A stretch of DNA of 64,000 nucleotides from Spirochaetia bacterium (lineage in GTDB: Bacteria > Spirochaetota > Spirochaetia > SZUA-6 > Bin103), in the NCBI GenBank assembly GCA_965208575.1, contig CBDBOV010000003.1, positions 160,001 to 224,000 on the forward strand. Reading direction: 5' to 3'. The position numbers were made by a program, and so were the translations under genes. Positions 57,968 through 64,000 of this stretch are shown here, piece after piece. The stretch's first letter is position 1. The number at the start of each line of letters is the position of its first letter. The notes below the pieces were generated by a model. It did not search any database, was not told where the DNA came from, and saw only the letters and a list, made by a program, of their open reading frames with translations.

Positions 57968-58666
57968 GCGGACCAGTTGGGGCGCGACATCCTCAGCCGG
58001 GTCATCTACGGGGCACGCATCTCGGTGATCATTGGCCTGTCGGCAACCAGCATCAACCTGCTGGTGGCGCTGCTGATCGGCGCAACCAGCGGATTCTTCG
58101 GCGGCAAGCTCGACATGGTGGTGCAGCGGTTTGTGGACGCCTGGATGGCGTTCCCGGGGCTGCTCATCCTGATCACGGTGATGTCGCTGGTCGGCCAGGG
58201 CCGGCGGCAGATCATCCTGGTGCTGGGCATCGCCGGCAGCATCAGCGGTTCGAGAATCGCGCGCAGCGCGGTGATCCGGATCAAGGAGAACGCCTACGTG
58301 GAGGCGGCGAGGGCGATCGGGGTAGGCACCGGCAGGACGATCTTCCGGCACGTGCTGCCGAACATCATGGCGCCGATGATCGTGATCTTCACGGTGACCA
58401 TCGGCGACGTGATCATAGCGGAGGCGTCGCTGACCTTCCTGGGTCTTGGGCTGCCGCCGGACGTGGCGAGCTGGGGCGGGATGCTGAGTTGGGAAGGAAG
58501 GCGCTACATGGAGCGGGTGCCGGCGCTGGCGCTGTGGCCGGGGCTGTGCCTGTTCACCGTTGTGTGGGGCCCCAACATGTTCGGGGACGCCATGCGGGAC
58601 CTGCTGGACCCGAGTCTGAAGGGCGGCGTGGGCCGCTATCACAAACAAGGAGAGAAATACTCATGA
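57968..58666 (+). pseudogene. 5'-truncated DppC-type permease, paralog of 53084-53959
   Basis: Homology begins abruptly at DQLGRDILSR and the first TM segment is missing. Confidence 0.8.
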
Positions 58667-59574
58667 CCGATTTCAAGCCCATCGCCGCTTCGCTCGAGGA
58701 ACGGGGGTTCTGCGTTGTTCCGGAGTTCCTGAGCGGTGACGAGATCGACTTCCTGGTGTCAGAATTCGATGCCAGCCCGGACTATTCGCCCCCAACGAAG
58801 GCCAGGCATGCGGAGCGGCACCTTGGCGACAAGCCCGTTGCCGGTCAAACCGGAGCTCTGCGTTCCACCGCAATGGGACGACGAGAAACCTTCCAAGGAA
58901 TAGGTCCGCGGATCGAAGAATTCGCCCGCGGCGTGACCGGAGCCAAGGCCGCGCTCTATCAGATTCTCTATCTGCAGACGCCGGTGACCGATCTCTCCTG
59001 GCATCAGGATCACGATCACTTCTTCCTGACCGAGTACAATCCGACTCATCTCAATTACTGGATTCCGTTGGTCAAGCCGTCGCGCACGGAGGCGGGACTG
59101 CGGGTGATTCCCTGGGATCGGCTGCGCGGCAAGTCGCCGCGAGTGTTCAACCTCTGCCGGCGCTCGGGCGCGAGCAGGTTGTACTCGTTGCGTGACGGGG
59201 GCACCTTGTACCTGTCCGACTGGAGCGGGGTCTACCATCACGACGAGGAGCTGGAGATCGAGGAGGTCATGGAGACTCCGGAGGTGGGGCCCGGCGACCT
59301 GCTGCTGCTGAGCCTCAACACCATCCACGCGACGCAGACGACCGAGGATCGGCGCGTGGCGGTATCGCTGCGCACCTGCGATCCGGCGACGCCGATCGAC
59401 TGGCATCGGGTGGCCGGCAGTCCCACCATTGCAAAATTGCAGCGTCTCGGCGGCTTTCGAGGGAACGCGGCTCCCAACAAGCTGTATCTCCCGGTCTTTC
59501 AAGCCACCCAGGAAAACGACTTCGGCATCACCTTGGCGGACGTCCTGCCGACCTTGACTGGCGAGCGCGAGTAG
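58663..59574 (+). CDS. PhyH-like Fe(II)/2OG dioxygenase
   Basis: LEERGFCVVPEFL, WHQD, NYWIPL, GPGDLLL..TIHAT, RRVAVSLR. AAGGAG RBS. Confidence 0.85.
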   Translation: MTDFKPIAASLEERGFCVVPEFLSGDEIDFLVSEFDASPDYSPPTKARHAERHLGDKPVAGQTGALRSTAMGRRETFQGIGPRIEEFARGVTGAKAALYQILYLQTPVTDLSWHQDHDHFFLTEYNPTHLNYWIPLVKPSRTEAGLRVIPWDRLRGKSPRVFNLCRRSGASRLYSLRDGGTLYLSDWSGVYHHDEELEIEEVMETPEVGPGDLLLLSLNTIHATQTTEDRRVAVSLRTCDPATPIDWHRVAGSPTIAKLQRLGGFRGNAAPNKLYLPVFQATQENDFGITLADVLPTLTGERE

Positions 59575-59644
59575 ATTCGCCGCAGTCTACGCAGCCGTAA
59601 CCCCGCTACCCGGCGGTCAGGATCGCAACCCTCGTCGATTGTGT

Positions 59645-59673
59645 TTGACAGCTCTTCGCGGCGCCACTACGGT
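59645..59673 (+). promoter_or_regulatory. Sigma-70 promoter of the Rpn gene
   Basis: TTGACA-17 bp-TACGGT. Confidence 0.7.
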
Positions 59674-59687
59674 GGCGGGCGCCCAGC

Positions 59688-60704
59688 ATGGCGCGCCAGT
59701 TGTATCAGCCGCACGACAACCTGTTCCGCAAGGTGTTCTCGGACGAGGGCGAGGCGGCTGGACTGCTGCGCCCGAATCTGCCGGAGTGGTTGAGCAGCAC
59801 GCTGGACTGGTCGACGTTGACCTTGCAGGATCGCAGCTACGTGGACGAAGAGCTGGAGGCCAGCCAGTCCGACCTGCTGTTCGAGGTCCAGTGGCAGGCT
59901 GACGCCGGCCAGGCGGGCACCCGCGTGACGGCGAGCGAGCCGAAGCGGCTGCTGCTGTACGTGCTGTTCGAGCACCAATCGACGCCGAGCCGCTGGATGA
60001 GGGTCCGGTTGTTGGAGTACTGTTGCCGTATCTGGGCGGATGCCTTGCGGGCGGACGAGAAGCGGGCTGAGTTGCCGCCGATCGTGCCGGTGGTGTTCTA
60101 CCAGGGGAAGCGGCGCTGGCGGCATGCGCTGGAGTTCGCGGAGTTGTTTGCGGAGGCGGTGCGGGAGTGGCCGTGGACGCCGCGCTTTGAGCACCTGCTG
60201 GTAGACCAATCGCAGGCGGCGGTGGGCGAGGTGCGCGGCAGAGCGCTGGGGCGTGTCGCGCAGCTTGCGCTGATGGCGGCGGCGCGACGGCGGGTGAGTC
60301 AGGCGCGAGCGGCGCTGCTGATGGCGGCGCAGTACATGGGCGAGTTGGCAAGGAGCGGACGGACGGACCCGTTCGGAGCCATCGTGAGGTATGTCATTAC
60401 GACGCAGGACCGGCAGACCGTGAGGGAGTTCGGCGACGCGTTGCGACGGCACGTGCCAGGAACGGGAGGAGACATGAAGACGTACGCAGAAGAGTTGCTC
60501 CAGGAGGGACTGCGGAAGGGCCGCCAGGAAGGCCGCCGGGAGGGCCGCCAGGAAGGCCGCCAGGAAGGTCAGCTTGGCACGATCGAGAACTTCTTGCGAG
60601 CTGGGATCGAGTGGTCGGTCATTGAGGAGGCTACCGGTGTCGACCAGGAAGCGTTCCAGGCACTCCGTCGGCGGATCGGTAAATCGGAACGGACGGCCGA
60701 GTAA
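59688..60704 (+). CDS. Rpn/YhgA-like PD-(D/E)XK nuclease (Transposase_31)
   Basis: PHDNLFRKVF, SDLLF, LFEHQS, PIVPVVFYQG, GRQE repeats. Confidence 0.93.
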   Translation: MARQLYQPHDNLFRKVFSDEGEAAGLLRPNLPEWLSSTLDWSTLTLQDRSYVDEELEASQSDLLFEVQWQADAGQAGTRVTASEPKRLLLYVLFEHQSTPSRWMRVRLLEYCCRIWADALRADEKRAELPPIVPVVFYQGKRRWRHALEFAELFAEAVREWPWTPRFEHLLVDQSQAAVGEVRGRALGRVAQLALMAAARRRVSQARAALLMAAQYMGELARSGRTDPFGAIVRYVITTQDRQTVREFGDALRRHVPGTGGDMKTYAEELLQEGLRKGRQEGRREGRQEGRQEGQLGTIENFLRAGIEWSVIEEATGVDQEAFQALRRRIGKSERTAE

Positions 60705-60880
60705 CCGCTGGAAACCCGAATCGAGCGGCTGGATCGGAGCTTAGCGGTATCGCTGCGCACGCAACATTCGACGAGATCTGGCCCGATAGTCTCGAACTGG
60801 GTTGGCGCCCACGGAGCGCTCAAGGAGTTGCTTGTACGCTGGACGGTGAGCCAACACGCGTCCCCTATCTGAACGCCGGG

Positions 60881-61267
60881 CTACCAGATCGTGTCGGCGC
60901 CGAGCGTAGCGATGGCCGGGTCGGGAGTCGCCACTCTGATCGTTTCCATCGTGCCCTGGGCAGCGATCATGCGGTCGAACGGATCGCGGTGGTCGCCGGG
61001 CAGGGAACCGGCTCGCAGCGCGTGGGCGCGGGACACGTCGAGCTGGCGAAACCCGTCGCGAGCGATCCGGTCGTCCCACTCCGCGATGATCGGGCCGCCG
61101 GCGGGGTACTTCCCGACGCGGTGCTTGGTCGCGATTTCCCACGCGCTGGCGGCGCTGACCCACACTTGGTTGTGCGGGTCCTGGAGGAGGCCTTCGAGCC
61201 GTGCGCTGAGCTTGTCCGGTTCCGCCCACGCCCACAGCAGCGCGCAGGTGTCGAGCAGGAGGATCAC
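60881..61267 (-). CDS. vapC: PIN-domain toxin
   Basis: LLLDTCALLW, SAASAWEIATK, HRDPFDRMI. Confidence 0.93.
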   Translation of the reverse strand: MILLLDTCALLWAWAEPDKLSARLEGLLQDPHNQVWVSAASAWEIATKHRVGKYPAGGPIIAEWDDRIARDGFRQLDVSRAHALRAGSLPGDHRDPFDRMIAAQGTMETIRVATPDPAIATLGADTIW

Positions 61268-61500
61268 CCGCCCTCCCAGGAGGCCAGCTCGGCGTCATCG
61301 AGCGGCTCGAAGAACGAATCGGGCACCGGGCCGTCGCGGTCGCAGTAGCGGCCGAGGGTTCGCGGAGCGGGAGCTTGCAGCGGCACGAGCCGGGCGTACG
61401 GCGTGCCCGCCTTGGCGATGACGATCTCCTCGCCGGCGTGCGCCCGTTCGAGCAGCCGCGAAAGCTGCGTCTTGGCCTCGTGCACGTTCACGGTAGTCAT
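61264..61500 (-). CDS. Phd/YefM-family antitoxin
   Basis: VNVHEAKTQLSRLL..GEEIVIAKAG.P. GTGA overlap with the toxin. Confidence 0.93.
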   Translation of the reverse strand: MTTVNVHEAKTQLSRLLERAHAGEEIVIAKAGTPYARLVPLQAPAPRTLGRYCDRDGPVPDSFFEPLDDAELASWEGG

Positions 61501-61606
61501 GTCTTGGTACTAGTCTGATTACAAGACTTAGTCAACCAGATAGACAGAAGTAATGTAAGGCGACGCTTGACAAACTTGCGGCTTCGCCCCATCGTGCGGC
61601 CAGTGA

Positions 61607-61675
61607 TCGGAAGCATTCACTTTCGGATGGGATGACGACGGCGCGACGGACGTGAATCTGGAGGACTACCACTGA
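61607..61675 (+). pseudogene. C-terminal remnant of HigB (RelE/ParE) toxin
   Basis: FTFGWDDDGATDVNLEDYH-stop overlapping the higA ATG. In-frame TGA just upstream. Confidence 0.8.
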
Positions 61676-61977
61676 TGGTCGAGCGCCACCATTCCATACA
61701 CCCGGTTCATCCGGGCGAGATCCTGCGCGAGGACGTTCTGCCGGCGCTCTCAATGAGCAAGACGGCCGTGGCCGATCTGCTCGGAATCTCCCGCCAAACG
61801 CTGTACGACATCCTGAATGAGCGGCAACCGGTCACGGCCGAGATGGCGGTTCGATTCGGGAAGCTGTTCGGCAACGGCGCCGCCTTCTGGGCAAACCTGC
61901 AGCGCGGTCATGATCTGGCCGTCGCGGAACGCACGGTGGACGTCTCCGGGATACCGACCCTGGCAGGCCATGGCTGA
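61675..61977 (+). CDS. higA: HigA-family antitoxin
   Basis: PVHPGEILRED, VTAEMAVRFG, FWANLQ. Confidence 0.93.
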   Translation: MVERHHSIHPVHPGEILREDVLPALSMSKTAVADLLGISRQTLYDILNERQPVTAEMAVRFGKLFGNGAAFWANLQRGHDLAVAERTVDVSGIPTLAGHG

Positions 61978-62055
61978 CCGATAGTGCGCACGGCATACGC
62001 GGCCACTGCCGGCCCGTGCAAGGTTGAGGGATTCTGCACGCGGCTCATCGCGGTT

Positions 62056-63699
62056 ATGGCGCGCGCAGTCGTGTTGGTGGCCGGGTGTGCCGGTGCGTAT
62101 GCGCAAACGCCGGTGGTACCGGTGGAGGTGGCGGCGCAGCCGTTTGCGCCGAGCGCCGGCGCGTGCACGGGCGCGTTCGTGGCGCATCCGCTGCCCCATA
62201 CCACCCGCAGCAACCAGGAAGAGCTGGTGTTCTTCGTGGCCAACGGGGCAGGCGTGGCCCTCGCCGACCTTGACGACGACAACCGCATCGACATCGTCCT
62301 GGCGGGCGTGCACGCGCCGCCGTCCGTGTTCTGGAACCAGGGCGGTCTGGTGTTTCGAAAGGAGATACTGGAAATCGACGGCAGCCGCGCGGTCAACGCG
62401 GTGGATGTCGACGGCGACGGCCGCCTTGACCTGGTGTTCACGCACGCCGGCAACCGCCCGTCGCTGTGGCGTACCAGGACCGGCCTCGCACTGCCCGTCT
62501 TCGAGCAGGTCCCGCCGCGGCAGTTCATCGGACGGTACAATCCCTACTCGATCGCCTGGGCCGACCTGGACGGTGACACCGACCTGGACATGGTGGGCGC
62601 CTCCTACAACGCCGAACTGATGGCGCGCGGATTCGGCACGCCGTCCGGCGGCGGCGTGTTCCTGTTCACCAATGCGGGCGGCGCGCTGAAGCCGGACCTG
62701 CTGGTCTCGCATGCGCAGGCACTGGCGGTACTGCTGACCGACCTGGATGGCGACGGACGCCGCGACATCCTGGTAGGCAACGATTTCGCCACTCCCGACG
62801 AGGCGTTTCTCAACAAGCCGGACGGGTGGATCGACGCGGCGCCGTTCGAGCGCACCACGGCCAACACCATGGGCTTCGCCGAGGGCGACACCGACAACGA
62901 CGGCCGCTTCGAGATTATCGGCATCGACATGAAGCCGTACCAGGAGGACCCGGTGTGGACCCCGCCGCTGGAGGGCAAGGGCTCGATGCAGGCCGACGAC
63001 GGCGTGCAGTTCGTGGCCAACACGCTGCAGTTTCGCCGCGGCGACCCGCCGGTGTTCGTCGACGAGGGCGGCGCCCGCGGCGTCGATGCCACCGGTTGGA
63101 GCTGGTCGGTGCAGTTCGGCGACCTGGACAACGACGGCGCGCTCGACCTGTACGTGGTCAACGGCATGATCAACGAGGGCCTGTTCGGCGACTTGCCGGG
63201 AGATGAGCTGGTCGAGGAGAACCAGGCGCTGCGCAACGACGGCACGGGGCACTTCGCGCCGGCGCCGGAGTGGGGCCTGGGCGCCACCGAGGGCGGGCGC
63301 GGCATGAGCTTCGCGGACCTGGACAACGACGGCGACCTGGACATCGTGGTCAACAACTTCGCGAAGCCGTCGGTGCTGTTCGAGAACCGGGTGTGCGGCG
63401 GCGCGGCGCTGCAAGTGGAGCTGCACTGGGAAGGCTCGCTCAACAGCCGCGCGATCGGCGCTCGGCTATGGCTGCACACGTCCGAGGGGCGCTACGTGCG
63501 CGAGATGCGCGCCGACAGCGGCTACCTGTCCAGCCTGCCGGCAAGAGTTCACTTCGGCCTCGGCAACGCCGCCGGCAGTGACTTGCAGCGTCTGGAGGTG
63601 ATCTGGCCCGATGGCGCCACGTCGCATGTCGACGACCCACCGATCGGCTCCGTGCTCGAAGTCCGCCGCCGGCAAGCCGCGTCGCAACCCGTCCCCTGA
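62056..63699 (+). CDS. CRTAC1-like FG-GAP repeat protein with ASPIC/UnbV domain
   Basis: Repeated D(L/V)DxDGxxD motifs. C-terminal NSRAIGAR, HFGLG, VIWPDG. Signal-like N-terminus. Confidence 0.9.
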   Translation: MARAVVLVAGCAGAYAQTPVVPVEVAAQPFAPSAGACTGAFVAHPLPHTTRSNQEELVFFVANGAGVALADLDDDNRIDIVLAGVHAPPSVFWNQGGLVFRKEILEIDGSRAVNAVDVDGDGRLDLVFTHAGNRPSLWRTRTGLALPVFEQVPPRQFIGRYNPYSIAWADLDGDTDLDMVGASYNAELMARGFGTPSGGGVFLFTNAGGALKPDLLVSHAQALAVLLTDLDGDGRRDILVGNDFATPDEAFLNKPDGWIDAAPFERTTANTMGFAEGDTDNDGRFEIIGIDMKPYQEDPVWTPPLEGKGSMQADDGVQFVANTLQFRRGDPPVFVDEGGARGVDATGWSWSVQFGDLDNDGALDLYVVNGMINEGLFGDLPGDELVEENQALRNDGTGHFAPAPEWGLGATEGGRGMSFADLDNDGDLDIVVNNFAKPSVLFENRVCGGAALQVELHWEGSLNSRAIGARLWLHTSEGRYVREMRADSGYLSSLPARVHFGLGNAAGSDLQRLEVIWPDGATSHVDDPPIGSVLEVRRRQAASQPVP

Positions 63700-63702
63700 T
63701 CG

Positions 63703-64000
63703 TTACTCGATCCGGCCGGTGAAGTAGCGTTCGGCGAGGTGGAAGGCGGCGATGCCGACCCGCTCGCCGATCAGGCGGCCGGGGATGTCGTCGGCGGGGG
63801 GGTGGATGCCGCCCCAGATGCGCGACAGGCTGCACTGGTCGGCGGCGTCCCGGTAGGTGGCCCACTGCAGCGTCAGGTCGACGCTCGGCCCATCCTCGAA
63901 CACCAGGAACTCGTTCTTTGCGGCCGGGAACTCGCCGATGCCGCCGGGGAAGAAGGCGTCTCCGGTCACCAGGGTGAGCACCTCGGCGCCGGCGCGGGAG
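63703..64000 (-). CDS. Vanadium-dependent haloperoxidase (PAP2 superfamily), only C-terminus in window
   Basis: SRAGAEVL...FFPGG...SLSRIWGGIHPPADD. Confidence 0.85.
   Translation of the reverse strand, partial: SRAGAEVLTLVTGDAFFPGGIGEFPAAKNEFLVFEDGPSVDLTLQWATYRDAADQCSLSRIWGGIHPPADDIPGRLIGERVGIAAFHLAERYFTGRIE

Noticed and set aside
58663-59574. Fe/2OG halogenase
   Set aside because: It has the HxD (HQD) hydroxylase motif rather than HxA/G.
60705-60880. Possible gene fragment (FDEIWPDSLELG...RVPYLN) between Rpn and vapC
   Set aside because: Too short and no recognisable motif, so it cannot be supported without a search.

Overview
High-GC bacterial chromosomal window. The transporter signal-peptide style, ankyrin and leishmanolysin-like proteins, PhyH dioxygenases, Rpn/Uma2 nucleases and an FG-GAP protein next to a vanadium haloperoxidase suggest a marine host-associated bacterium, plausibly a sponge-associated Spirochaetota (inference only). 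It holds about 55 intact CDS, mostly catabolic: six Gfo/Idh/MocA oxidoreductases, a ThuA-DUF1080 fusion, enolase-superfamily enzymes, hydroxyproline catabolism genes, a split Mo-hydroxylase, an LLM monooxygenase pair and three ABC importers with no ATPase gene. It also has tRNA-Asn(GTT), a TipA-type MerR regulator with its 19-bp-spacer promoter, and scattered defence/TA genes (DUF262-DUF1524, an AAA+ ATPase coupled to a nucleotidyltransferase, Uma2, AAA-DUF4143, Rpn with an internal small ORF, vapBC, orphan higA). Many module junctions carry debris: gene remnants, a group II intron 5' fragment and MITE-like elements. The most unusual sequence signals are an 82-bp array forming four translationally coupled 29-aa mini-ORFs between two permease genes, a 4 x 73-bp array in a divergent promoter region, a five-hairpin element upstream of tipA, and a recurrent leaderless (TAnnnT-N5-7-start) gene architecture. 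No CRISPR array or rRNA was seen. All family assignments come from motif recognition, not database searches.
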